DNA of 32,000 nt from Anaeroplasma sp. (GTDB lineage Bacteria > Bacillota_I > Bacilli_A > Acholeplasmatales > Anaeroplasmataceae), in NCBI GenBank assembly GCA_051874325.1, contig JBJEFS010000119.1, positions 865 through 32,864 on the forward strand, written 5' to 3'. This document shows, one piece after another, positions 14,736 through 24,165 of the stretch (the first letter of the stretch is position 1; each line of letters starts with the position of its first letter). A model generated the notes under the pieces. The model was not told the origin of the DNA and did no database searches. It worked only from the letters and a program-made list of their open reading frames with translations. The translations under genes were made by a program, and so were the position numbers.

Positions 14736-16235
14736 CTATTCTTTATGACCACCAATTTGAGAATTTCTTTCTATTGTCGTAGCACCTTCTTCTAGATTCA
14801 TTCCTTTTAAAATTGCATTTTTCCCAAATTTCTTTTTTATGTATATAATTGCATGTTGTAAATTATTTTCATTCTTTCTTTTTTGGTTTTCTTTTGCTTT
14901 TTCTTGTTCTTGTTTTTTATAATCAATAAATAGACTGATTTGTTCTTCTTGCTTTTTATTTTCAATTTCTGATTCATTTACTACATTATTAGCAACAACA
15001 TTTATTCTTCTAATTAATAAATTTCTATTTATAATCCTATCATATAATTCTTCTATTGCTTCCATTATAACTTTTGTAGAAGATGTATGTTCCTTTAAGT
15101 TAATTGTTCCATGTGCATGTTTGGGGATTTCTCTACCATACCTATCAGTTGTAATTTCTCCATTATAAGAATCTCTTATTTCTGAATTAGTCAAATTATA
15201 TATATCATATCCTATTGTTAATACAAGTTGATTTGTAACCAAATGTTTTTCTACTAAATCAAGTACAAGTAGGTCTGTCATTTCTTTTACAATAAGTTTT
15301 GTTTGCTCATAATTATAAGGGCAATGTAACACTTGTCCTGAACTCAAACTATTTGTAGCTGGTTTAAATGATTTTACATCTTTCATAGTACATGGTTCAT
15401 ATCCCCAACTATGATCTATTAAAAATTCAGCATTAACTCCAAATAATTTATACAATAATTCTTCATTTTTTACAGAACATCTTGCTACATCTCCCATTGT
15501 AAACATATTATGAGCTTCAAGTTTTTTTGCATACCCTTTTCCTACTCTCCAAAAGTCAGTAATAGGTTTATGATTCCATAATAATTTTCTATAACTTATT
15601 TCATCAAGCTCTGCAATTCTTACTCCATTTTCATTTGCTTTAACATGTTTAGCTTCTATATCCATTGCAATTTTTGCTAAATACATATTTGTTCCAATTC
15701 CACCTGTAGCTGTTATTCCTGTTGTTTTAAAAACATCTTGTATCATTGTTGTAACTAATTGTTTTGGTGTCATTTTAAGTGTTTTAAGGTACTTCGTTAT
15801 ATCACAAAAAACTTCATCAATAGAATAAGCATAAATATCTTCTGGAGCAATATATTTTAAATATACATTATATATTTGTGTACTATATTTCATATAAAGA
15901 GACATTCTTGGAGTAGCTGCAATATAGTCAAGTTCTAAACTAGGATTATTTTGTAATTCAATATTATCAAAGGATTTTCCTTCAAGTTTATGATGAGGTG
16001 CTTTATATCTTCTTTGAAAATTTATATCTTTTACTTTTTGAACAACTTCAAATAATCTTGCTCTTCCAGGTATTCCGTATTGTTTCAATGAAGGACTAAC
16101 TGCAAGACATATTGTTTTTTCTGTTCTTGCTTTATCTGCTACAACTAAATTTGTTTGTAAGGGATTTAGTTTTCTCTCTATACATTCTACAGAAGCATAA
16201 AAACTTTTTAAATCTATGCAACAATATATACTCAT
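14736..16235 (-). CDS. Y-family (UmuC/ImpB/UvrX-like) translesion DNA polymerase
   Basis: MSIYCCIDLKSFYASVECIERKLNP...SIDEVFCDIT...GIGTNMYLAKIA. GGAGG RBS. Confidence 0.9.
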   Translation of the reverse strand: MSIYCCIDLKSFYASVECIERKLNPLQTNLVVADKARTEKTICLAVSPSLKQYGIPGRARLFEVVQKVKDINFQRRYKAPHHKLEGKSFDNIELQNNPSLELDYIAATPRMSLYMKYSTQIYNVYLKYIAPEDIYAYSIDEVFCDITKYLKTLKMTPKQLVTTMIQDVFKTTGITATGGIGTNMYLAKIAMDIEAKHVKANENGVRIAELDEISYRKLLWNHKPITDFWRVGKGYAKKLEAHNMFTMGDVARCSVKNEELLYKLFGVNAEFLIDHSWGYEPCTMKDVKSFKPATNSLSSGQVLHCPYNYEQTKLIVKEMTDLLVLDLVEKHLVTNQLVLTIGYDIYNLTNSEIRDSYNGEITTDRYGREIPKHAHGTINLKEHTSSTKVIMEAIEELYDRIINRNLLIRRINVVANNVVNESEIENKKQEEQISLFIDYKKQEQEKAKENQKRKNENNLQHAIIYIKKKFGKNAILKGMNLEEGATTIERNSQIGGHKE

Positions 16236-16267
16236 TTACAATTACCTCCATCATCTTTACTTTTTTC

Positions 16268-16305
16268 ATTATACAACTTTTTTTCTAACTTGTAAACACT
16301 TGTTT
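16268..16305 (-). promoter_or_regulatory. promoter of the polymerase operon with an overlapping SOS-box-like dyad
   Basis: Minus strand reads TTTACA (16291-16296), N17, TATAAT (16268-16273). The dyad AAAC-AAGT-GTTT (16294-16305) overlaps the -35. Confidence 0.45.
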
Positions 16306-16312
16306 GTATTGA

Positions 16313-16368
16313 AATAAAAAAATAATAATACCAAGCAAAGTATTTTAACTTTACCTGGTATTATTATT
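16313..16368 (-). terminator. strong rho-independent terminator ending the T4SS operon
   Basis: 13-bp stem aataataatacca (16321-16333) / tggtattattatt (16356-16368), followed on the minus strand by TTTTTATTT. Confidence 0.7.
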
Positions 16369-16372
16369 ATTA

Positions 16373-17566
16373 TTATTCATATTTTGGAGTACCATAGCCC
16401 ATAACTTGTACATCATCAAATAAGTACATTCTTTCAGCACATTTATTACTTGTGTTTCCCTCTATTGTATATATATTTCTATTATCTATGTCTGTTCTTG
16501 TAACTATACCAACATGATCAGAATTTCCATCTTGATTTCCATTTTCATCATACCAGTCAAAAAATATTATATCGCCAACTATTGGATAGTAACTTTCTCC
16601 TCTATCATGCCACTCATTTTTTTCTTTAAACCAATTTATACCATCAGTACAAACAGAAAATTTAGGTATTATTCCTTTATCTATGTAGCCACATTCGTTC
16701 GCGCACCAACTTACATAGCAAGCACACCATGCAACATGTTCTTCAAAACCATACCATTTCCAGAACTTATCTCCTCCCTCATTTCCTATTTGTGCTTTTG
16801 CAACTAATATGATTTCACTATTAGGAATTTGAGAAGTATCATAATCAGCATCTCCATTGCTATTGAAAATTGCAGCTATGAATCCTCCAATTATAGCAAT
16901 TACTAAAATTATAACAACAGCTACCCATCCTCCAGCAATTATTGCAGATATAAGAGCTTTTGCACCAGCAATTATTGCCTTAGCAGCTTTGATAGTTGCT
17001 TTTATTGCAACTTTAGTAGCTTTCACAGTAGTTTGAATAGCTTTTTTTGATGCTCGTACAGCTCGCTGTGTCATCTTAATACTTTCTTTTGCAACTCTTT
17101 TGCTATTTTTAGCTATTTGCTCTGTTGTTTTAATTCCTTTTTTAGTGAGTGTTGTTGTATTTTTTGCTGTTTTTATACTTCTTCTTGTTCCAGCTTTTAT
17201 AGTTTTATTAGATTTTTCTACTACATTTTTCAAATCTTTCGCTTGTTTTTGCTTAATTTTTGATTTTAATGATTCTACTTTCTGCTTGCCTTTAACAAAG
17301 TTTTCTTGTGTTTCTTTTAGTGATTTTTTACCTATTTCATTTGCTCTTGCTGTTCCATTTCTTGAAATATAGCTTATATCATTTTGTATTTTACTGCTTG
17401 CATAATCTTCTGCTGTGCTATTATCTTCATTTATAGTAAATTCATTTACTTTTTCTTTAGCTGTTATTAAATTGTTTTTGAATTTTTGTACCTGTACGAC
17501 TTCTTTTTCTAATTTCTTTATTGTGCCTTTTGGCTTAACTTTTATTTCTGCCATTTGTACCACCAC
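16373..17566 (-). CDS. conjugation-associated cell-wall hydrolase (CHAP/NlpC-P60 C-terminal domain, N-terminal coiled-coil and TM)
   Basis: C-terminal HVAWCACYVSWCANECGY...SDHVGIV... is a Cys/His papain-like amidase pattern. A central TM segment (AGGWVAVVIILVIAIIGGFIAAIF) is present. Confidence 0.8.
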   Translation of the reverse strand: MVVQMAEIKVKPKGTIKKLEKEVVQVQKFKNNLITAKEKVNEFTINEDNSTAEDYASSKIQNDISYISRNGTARANEIGKKSLKETQENFVKGKQKVESLKSKIKQKQAKDLKNVVEKSNKTIKAGTRRSIKTAKNTTTLTKKGIKTTEQIAKNSKRVAKESIKMTQRAVRASKKAIQTTVKATKVAIKATIKAAKAIIAGAKALISAIIAGGWVAVVIILVIAIIGGFIAAIFNSNGDADYDTSQIPNSEIILVAKAQIGNEGGDKFWKWYGFEEHVAWCACYVSWCANECGYIDKGIIPKFSVCTDGINWFKEKNEWHDRGESYYPIVGDIIFFDWYDENGNQDGNSDHVGIVTRTDIDNRNIYTIEGNTSNKCAERMYLFDDVQVMGYGTPKYE

Positions 17567-17576
17567 CTCCAGACTT

Positions 17577-18356
17577 TTATATTTTCTTTGCTATTATTAC
17601 CATTCTTCCATTTTTCTGCGAATATTCACAAGTAGATAAAGTAAGTAATTTATCTCCATAACTTATTTTTGTTCCTGTGTTATAAAATTCTAAATTGCGA
17701 CAATTATCTACAAAAGTATTTAATTCTTGCTCATCATAAAAATTTGTATAATTATAATATTTGAAACCACTATTTGAATAAGCAACAGTTTTAAAAGCAA
17801 TTACTATTTCGTAAGTGCTTTCTATGGTTTGTCCATCTTTTAATGTATAAAAATTGATATATTTATGATTTTTATAGAATTGATAATTCTTGTAATTTAC
17901 TAAACCAGAAAACATAGAGTTATCATTCATGTGATGTCCATAAATAATTAAATTATCACTTGTTCTTAAATTACAATTTTCAGCTAAATATGGTGTACCA
18001 TGACTTGAATAATTTTTATAAATATTTCTATGAAGATAATAATTACCATTTTGCATAACAGGGTAATTAATATTTGTTTCATTTATTTTGATCCACCCTA
18101 TTGTGTCAGCATTTATTTTTGCTATATTTTCTAAATTGTAGTTATTATTGTTTGATGAATTACTGGTTTTATTATTTAAAATGGCTGTATTGCCATTCTC
18201 GTTGGTCGAAACTTCTTCATCTTGCACTATTTCTTGTAAATCCTCAAATAAATCATTTTCTTTTTTGTTTTCTGCAAATTCTTTAACAAAAAAATAGCTA
18301 CTAATAGCAAATATAACTATTAGCAGCATTAAAATAATTTTATATTTCTTATTCAT
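17577..18356 (-). CDS. srtB: class B sortase
   Basis: GWIKINETNINYPVMQ, IIYGHHM, LLTLSTCEY and RMVIIAKK supply the His/Cys/Arg catalytic context. An N-terminal TM anchor is present. Confidence 0.8.
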   Translation of the reverse strand: MNKKYKIILMLLIVIFAISSYFFVKEFAENKKENDLFEDLQEIVQDEEVSTNENGNTAILNNKTSNSSNNNNYNLENIAKINADTIGWIKINETNINYPVMQNGNYYLHRNIYKNYSSHGTPYLAENCNLRTSDNLIIYGHHMNDNSMFSGLVNYKNYQFYKNHKYINFYTLKDGQTIESTYEIVIAFKTVAYSNSGFKYYNYTNFYDEQELNTFVDNCRNLEFYNTGTKISYGDKLLTLSTCEYSQKNGRMVIIAKKI

Positions 18357-20691
18357 TTAATCCTTCTCCTGGTTTTGTTGTCATTAACTTATAAAGTTCT
18401 GTATTTTTTGGGAATTTATTAACAAAAGGAACTAAAGATGAACCTACTTTTATAAGTCCTTCTCCAGCTCCTACATTTGTTATATAACTCATCTGTAAGT
18501 CAGAAATATTAAGCAATTTTGCTAGCTCTATTCTGTCTGTACTTGCTTGATTAAGCATTATTATAAATTCAGAGTTTGCAAGCATTGTTCTTGCTGTGTG
18601 GCTTTGCAATAAATCTTCTACATTTTGAGTAATACCAGTACAGAAAGCCCCATATTTACGCACTCTTTTCCAAAGTGTGAATAAGAAATTTGCAGAATAT
18701 TCATATTGAAATAAAAGATATATTTCATCTATAAAAATATATGTATTCTTTCCTTTTGTTCTATTAGCTGTTATTCTATTTAGTATAGAATCTAAAACAA
18801 CTAACATTCCTATTGGAAGTAGTTGCTTTCCTAAATCTAAAATATCATAGCAAATTAAACTGCTAGATGTATTAACATTTGTATTCATTGCAAATGTATT
18901 TAAAGAACCATTTGTAAATAATTCTATTGCAAGAGCAATTTCTTTTGCCTCTGGCTCTGGCTGTTTTAATAGTTCTTCTCTAAAATCTTGTAAAGTTGGT
19001 GGTATTCCTTGATAATTTCCTTGTTGGAATATTCTATATACACTTGCCGTACATCTATCTATAATAGATTTTTGTTTAGGTCCAAGATTACCACTGCCTA
19101 TAAGTTGTTCGCATAAAGATAAAATAAACTCTGATTTTAGGATTACAGGATTTGCTCCATCTCCATATTCAGAGTTCATGTCCATAGCATTTATATGATT
19201 ATTGCTTGTTGCAGAAATTTTAATTACCTCTCCACCTAAAGACTTAACTAATGGAGAATACTCGCGTTCTGGATCTATGATTATAATATCTGCATTCGGA
19301 TCTCTTAATCTTATAGAAGTTATTTCTTGTTTTCCAGCAAATGACTTACCACTACCAGATACACCTAAAATAAATGAGTTACCATTTAATAATTGTTTTC
19401 TATCTGCAATAATCATATTCTTGCTAATAGTATTTTGACCATAAAAAATACCATTCTCGTGCCTTATTTCTTGCACTTTGAATGGCATAAATACTGCTAA
19501 ACTTTCTGTTGTTAAAGTTCTTACTGCATCTATTTTTCTTACTCCAAAAGGTAATACTGTATTAAGTCCATCTATTTGTTGGTATCTTAATATTCCAAGC
19601 TGACATCGATTTTTACTTGCTATTTGTAAAATTGACTCTGTATCACTTTCTAATTTTTCTTTTGTTTCATCTGTAATAACAATTGTCAATACTGCTGAAA
19701 ACATCCTTTGATCTCGCAAAGTTAAATCATCTAAAAATTCTTTTGAATCATTTCTTTGTTGCTCCATATCATAAGGTATAATGCTACTCCAATTATTATT
19801 TGCATTTTGTTTTCTCTGCCAATTTGTTATATTTGTTTCTACTCCAAGTCGGCGATTTTCTGCCTCTTTTACTGCCTCGTCCATTGGTATTGGAATAACA
19901 TCTATTGATAACATCATATTTCTATTTAAGTCTGTAAGTTCTGCAACCATATCATCATTGATATAACTAGCATATTCTTTTAAGAAAAATACTCTACCAT
20001 ATCTATCTCCTACTCTAAAATAATCTCTTTCGTGTTCAAATGTATCTGGACAAATGAAGTCTTTGAAATTATGTCCCTTTCTCATGGTTTCGTGTATGTC
20101 AAAGTGGAATGATGTTTCCTCTCCTGTTCTATAAAAATCGTGTGCTATTCTTAATCTTTCTTTTGCATCTAATTCAATACATTTAGAACCTAATGTATTA
20201 AAGTGATTTATTAAGTCTGTACCAGCTCTTGTAAAATAATTTCTTGCCTCCTCTACAGATTTTTTATAAACAGATATTGTTATTATTTTTTCTTGCACAA
20301 TTTCATTTGCATTTTTTGCTTGAGATATAAGCATTTGATTATATTCTCTTCTATATCTATCTAACTCATCTCCAGAATCTTTTAATAATATTGTTTTTTC
20401 AAAATCTAATTTGTTTATTCTTCTATTGTTTATAGTAATTTTAGTAGTAGCTCCAGCATCTAAAGAATTAAGTAATGCAGAATAATCTAAAAACATTGCC
20501 TCTTTATCTTCTTTACTTGCAACTGCATAATTTATATCTATAAATTTAAAAGATTTTGAATATTTATTATTTCCTACAAGAAATATGCCATCTTCCCATA
20601 TAGCCTTAACAGGAATAACATCTTGAACAGATCTAGGTACTTTAAATTTTTCTTTGTCTAGCTTAAATATCTTTTTTAGTGTTTTCATCAT
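18349..20691 (-). CDS. VirB4-like conjugal transfer ATPase (CD1110/TcpF/PrgJ type)
   Basis: 780 aa. Walker A GVSGSGKSF, Walker B IFIDEIYLL. Typical position after PrgI. Confidence 0.9.
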   Translation of the reverse strand: MMKTLKKIFKLDKEKFKVPRSVQDVIPVKAIWEDGIFLVGNNKYSKSFKFIDINYAVASKEDKEAMFLDYSALLNSLDAGATTKITINNRRINKLDFEKTILLKDSGDELDRYRREYNQMLISQAKNANEIVQEKIITISVYKKSVEEARNYFTRAGTDLINHFNTLGSKCIELDAKERLRIAHDFYRTGEETSFHFDIHETMRKGHNFKDFICPDTFEHERDYFRVGDRYGRVFFLKEYASYINDDMVAELTDLNRNMMLSIDVIPIPMDEAVKEAENRRLGVETNITNWQRKQNANNNWSSIIPYDMEQQRNDSKEFLDDLTLRDQRMFSAVLTIVITDETKEKLESDTESILQIASKNRCQLGILRYQQIDGLNTVLPFGVRKIDAVRTLTTESLAVFMPFKVQEIRHENGIFYGQNTISKNMIIADRKQLLNGNSFILGVSGSGKSFAGKQEITSIRLRDPNADIIIIDPEREYSPLVKSLGGEVIKISATSNNHINAMDMNSEYGDGANPVILKSEFILSLCEQLIGSGNLGPKQKSIIDRCTASVYRIFQQGNYQGIPPTLQDFREELLKQPEPEAKEIALAIELFTNGSLNTFAMNTNVNTSSSLICYDILDLGKQLLPIGMLVVLDSILNRITANRTKGKNTYIFIDEIYLLFQYEYSANFLFTLWKRVRKYGAFCTGITQNVEDLLQSHTARTMLANSEFIIMLNQASTDRIELAKLLNISDLQMSYITNVGAGEGLIKVGSSLVPFVNKFPKNTELYKLMTTKPGEGLNE

Positions 20692-21115
20692 AGTTAGCTA
20701 CCTCCTTTTTAGCTTTTTTTGGTTTTTTGATTTTTCTTTCTTTATTCTTTTTCTGTGGCTTTAATATTCCTTGTTTTAACTTTCTGTCTATTGTTGGTTT
20801 AAATACTTCTGCATATATATTTTTAGATTTAAAAGTCAATTTCTTTGGAATAATAAACTCTGATTTTATAAAAGCCATAATAAACTTTTCTGCTGTCATT
20901 CCGTTGTATTTTACAAAGCCTAATACTGCAAAAGGTACTGCTCCTAAAATACATACCCAGCTTAATGTTTCAATTCCAAAGAATGGTTTTAAAACAAAGT
21001 ATAAAATTACTGCTACAATACAAGCCAAGACAGAAAAAATGAACTGCCTTAATGACAGCCCAAAAAATATGTTTTCACTAAATTCTCTAATATCTTTATT
21101 TATTTTTACTTCCAT
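20663..21115 (-). CDS. PrgI/TcpE family T4SS membrane protein
   Basis: IFFGLSLRQFIFSVLACIVAV motif plus a second TM segment. Sits upstream of and overlapping virB4. Confidence 0.7.
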   Translation of the reverse strand: MEVKINKDIREFSENIFFGLSLRQFIFSVLACIVAVILYFVLKPFFGIETLSWVCILGAVPFAVLGFVKYNGMTAEKFIMAFIKSEFIIPKKLTFKSKNIYAEVFKPTIDRKLKQGILKPQKKNKERKIKKPKKAKKEVANYDENTKKDI

Positions 21116-21943
21116 CTACCTTGCCTCCTTGTTCTTCTTTTTCTTTTCTTGTTTAAATTCTTTTAAATCTTCTTCTATTGGCTTTATAGTGTTTTCTTTA
21201 TCTCTCAAATTCAACTTATCATCATTAATTGATAAGTTATCTATGTCATAAATAAAATCCAATATTTTTTGTTTTAAATCTTTATTATCAATAGTTTTTA
21301 ATGAAGTATTATTTAATTTTTCTAATGAAGATATTGTAATTTCATACTTATCAAATAATTCTTTAAATTTTGTAATAGTTTCTTTAAGCAATTTATCATC
21401 ATATTTATTATCTATTTCTAAATATAAATTAATCATGTCTTTGAATAACCCATCTCCAGAGCCATTGCCTATATCTAGTTCTGTTTCAATACCTGATTTC
21501 ATATCTTCATCAAGATATAAATTATCCCAATATTCATTAATTATATTGTGAAATTTTGTATCAACTTTTATAAAAGTCATATTTGCCAACATTGGATAAT
21601 ATGGAGATACCATTTGTCCCATGTTATATTTAACTACATATTCATCTTTCTCTTTTGAACAAAGTATTAGTCCTTCTGGATCATCTCCAAAATATTCTTC
21701 CAAATGCTCATTTTGCTCATGTAAATATCTGTCAATTTCATCATCTCCATAGAAATCTTCTGGAGCAACGCAATAAGCAGGTTGTATTTCTCTAATTCCT
21801 TCATCTATGTAATTTACTTTATAAGTAATTCCTTTAATACAATCTTCTTCATTTCCACTATTAGCTTTAATAAATCCTAAATCTTCTATTTTGTCTTTTG
21901 CATAATCATTGTATATTTTTTTAAAATTAACATTAACATTCAT
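21116..21943 (-). CDS. hypothetical Asp/Glu-rich protein
   Basis: 275-aa ORF abutting neighbouring genes in the T4SS operon. No recognised domain. Confidence 0.55.
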   Translation of the reverse strand: MNVNVNFKKIYNDYAKDKIEDLGFIKANSGNEEDCIKGITYKVNYIDEGIREIQPAYCVAPEDFYGDDEIDRYLHEQNEHLEEYFGDDPEGLILCSKEKDEYVVKYNMGQMVSPYYPMLANMTFIKVDTKFHNIINEYWDNLYLDEDMKSGIETELDIGNGSGDGLFKDMINLYLEIDNKYDDKLLKETITKFKELFDKYEITISSLEKLNNTSLKTIDNKDLKQKILDFIYDIDNLSINDDKLNLRDKENTIKPIEEDLKEFKQEKKKKNKEAR

Positions 21944-21954
21944 TATTGCATTTC

Positions 21955-22227
21955 CTACCTTTCCTTAAATCTATTTTTTATTCTTTCTTTTAAATCAAAT
22001 TGAGAATATGATTTATAATTTCTTGTATTATAATTTTTAAAATAATCCTTATTATTATTTGAATACATATACATCCAATCATCAGGATTTTTCATTCCTC
22101 TTTTTATTGCATTTTTAAATGCATCATCTGGATTTTCTCTTATTTTCATACCCTCAAATATACTCCCAGCTGGGTGTACTAAATATTTAATTCCATTTTC
22201 TTCTGTATGTGTAAAATCTGAACTCAT
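21955..22227 (-). CDS. hypothetical protein
   Basis: 90-aa ORF in the operon. No recognised domain. Confidence 0.5.
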   Translation of the reverse strand: MSSDFTHTEENGIKYLVHPAGSIFEGMKIRENPDDAFKNAIKRGMKNPDDWMYMYSNNNKDYFKNYNTRNYKSYSQFDLKERIKNRFKER

Positions 22228-22246
22228 AGTTACTGCTCCTTCCTTT

Positions 22247-23074
22247 TTATATTCCCATCATTTCTCGTACGATTTTATCGGACAGCCTTATTGTTCCCAC
22301 CAGAACTAGCATATTGAATATAAGTTCTCCTACATATTTCCAAACCATAGTAACAGTAGCTGCACCTGTATCTACTGATGGCGAGCTTGTTACAAATGCT
22401 GAAAATATTACACATGCCAGTACAATTATTGCTCCCTCTAAACATACTGCTATATAACTTTTTAAAAAACTCTTACCAATATTTTGTGTAGTTTCTCCAG
22501 CAAATGATGCCAAAGGTATTGGAGCTATCGCTGTGTACATATATAATTTAAAGAATCTACCATATACAGTAAGAATTAAAATAAATGACAATACTGTTAC
22601 AAAAAGTCCTCCAAGCAATGTAACTGCCCATAATGGAATACTCTCAAAAAATCCACAATTATTAACTGCATCTATTATTGATTGTGGTAATGACATGCTA
22701 CTTGCTTGAAATGAGCTTTTTGCCATTATAGTTGTTACTATTCCCTGAATTATTTTAAATACTGCAAGCATTAACTCTAGTCCATAAGTAACAATTCCTT
22801 TTGCTATTGCAAATCTTAAAAATAGTTTTACTGCTTGTTCTGGTCTTTTTAATTCTGAAAAATTAGTACATGTTCTAACTACTCCAACTACAAAAAATAA
22901 TACAAGCAATGCTAACCCTATTGCCTGTAATGCACCATTTATATTAAGAATAATATTCCATATAGCCCCACCTTTAAAATCTGCTGGACTTTGTGTAACT
23001 AATGTATATATTTCTGACAGTTTTCCATTCCAAGTATCTAATGCGTTCTGTAAATTTCCTACAATCCAATTCAC
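22247..23074 (-). CDS. VirB6/TrbL-like polytopic T4SS membrane protein (CD1112 type)
   Basis: 275 aa with about 6 hydrophobic segments. The position between maff2/methylase and prgI/virB4 is typical. Confidence 0.65.
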   Translation of the reverse strand: MNWIVGNLQNALDTWNGKLSEIYTLVTQSPADFKGGAIWNIILNINGALQAIGLALLVLFFVVGVVRTCTNFSELKRPEQAVKLFLRFAIAKGIVTYGLELMLAVFKIIQGIVTTIMAKSSFQASSMSLPQSIIDAVNNCGFFESIPLWAVTLLGGLFVTVLSFILILTVYGRFFKLYMYTAIAPIPLASFAGETTQNIGKSFLKSYIAVCLEGAIIVLACVIFSAFVTSSPSVDTGAATVTMVWKYVGELIFNMLVLVGTIRLSDKIVREMMGI

Positions 23075-23076
23075 AT

Positions 23077-23652
23077 TTAAGCACCTCCGTTCTTATAATC
23101 TTCTATACTAATGTCGCTCTCGATTTCATCTCCCCAAGAATCCCAACCTTGCACCTTTTTTCGTGCAAAAAGTTCTATTCTTGGTAAATCGCCAACGAGT
23201 TCTACAATTTTTTCTCTAACAATATCTGGTTTCTTACTATGTTCTTCTATTGGAGTATCAATAATTTGATGTACTTTTCTGCTTATTCTTTGAATTTTGC
23301 CTTTTGTTGCAATTAAACAAAGCTCTGAATTGGCTCTTGTCCAATAACCCATACCCCAAAACCATGAGTTAGACTTTCTGTTTTTCTTTACCCATGCAAA
23401 ACCGCATGTTTTATAAGTAAATCCCCATGCTTCAATGACTTTTATTGCTTCTTTTAAGCATGGATAAGTAATCCAGATAAACAAAATACAATTTTCATCT
23501 GAAATATAATTTATAAACTCTTTTAAATTGATAATGTCATCAATGCTCATTGTCTTATAATGGCTTTCTGCACTCCTACCACTACCTTTTTTAGACCATA
23601 CTTTATATTGCCAGGGGGGATCTGCATATATGATTTGATATTTTTTTGCCAT
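23077..23652 (-). CDS. MT-A70 family N6-adenine DNA methyltransferase (orphan)
   Basis: YQIIYADPPWQY is the DPPW catalytic motif. 191 aa. No adjacent nuclease ORF. Confidence 0.85.
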   Translation of the reverse strand: MAKKYQIIYADPPWQYKVWSKKGSGRSAESHYKTMSIDDIINLKEFINYISDENCILFIWITYPCLKEAIKVIEAWGFTYKTCGFAWVKKNRKSNSWFWGMGYWTRANSELCLIATKGKIQRISRKVHQIIDTPIEEHSKKPDIVREKIVELVGDLPRIELFARKKVQGWDSWGDEIESDISIEDYKNGGA

Positions 23653-23679
23653 TAAATCGCCTCCTTAAAATAAATTTAG

Positions 23680-23713
23680 ACAGGTAAAATATCAAAATTG
23701 ATAAATTACCTGT
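23680..23713 (-). terminator. hairpin (possible partial terminator/attenuator) after maff2
   Basis: acaggtaa..tatcaa aa ttgata..ttacctgt is a two-segment stem (8 + 6 bp). It is followed on the minus strand by a T-rich tract that is not a clean T-run. Confidence 0.4.
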
Positions 23714-23721
23714 TGCTAATA

Positions 23722-24072
23722 TTAGCCTCCTGTTATAATGTTTAAAATTTCTTTAGCAAATGTGATTACTATACCACCAGCCAAAGTCATTATTCCATTA
23801 GCTCTTTGTGTAGGATCATGTGATTTTAAACTCATTCCAACTTGTACAACTCCAAAACCTAAAATAATCATACCAACTGCTCTAATCAAACCAAAAATAA
23901 AATTTGATAAATTGTTTACTACACTTATTGGATCATCAGCTGCAAATACATGTGATGCTTGTGCTACAAATAAAGCTACTACATAACCAATAATTATCGC
24001 TATTCTCTTTAAAATTTTCTTAAATGTTTTATTTCCTTTTCTAATTTTTCTATTATCTTTTAATTTTTTCAT
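23722..24072 (-). CDS. Maff2 family (VirB2/TrbC pilin-like) mobile element protein
   Basis: 116 aa. A signal-like TM (IAIIIGYVVALFVAQASHVFA) is followed by two hydrophobic helices and HDPTQR. Confidence 0.7.
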   Translation of the reverse strand: MKKLKDNRKIRKGNKTFKKILKRIAIIIGYVVALFVAQASHVFAADDPISVVNNLSNFIFGLIRAVGMIILGFGVVQVGMSLKSHDPTQRANGIMTLAGGIVITFAKEILNIITGG

Positions 24073-24120
24073 GATATTTTCCTCTCTTTCTTATTTACAT
24101 AATATTTGTTTTTAGGCACA

Positions 24121-24163
24121 AAAAAAGCCCAGAGTATTATTTAATAAAAAATAAACTCTGGGT
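24121..24163 (-). terminator. terminator after the coupling-protein gene
   Basis: acccagagt...actctgggc stem with an AT-rich loop, followed on the minus strand by TTTTTTT. Confidence 0.5.
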
Positions 24164-24165
24164 TA

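Noticed and set aside
16356-16380. (ATT)n microsatellite-like run ggtattattattattattattcat.
   Set aside because: It forms one arm of the 13-bp terminator stem (pairing with aataataatacca at 16321-16333) and overlaps the stop codon region. It needs no separate explanation.
21116-21943. Calling the acidic 275-aa protein an ArdA-type anti-restriction DNA mimic.
   Set aside because: Apart from its acidity, I cannot align it to the ArdA sequences I remember. It is kept as hypothetical.
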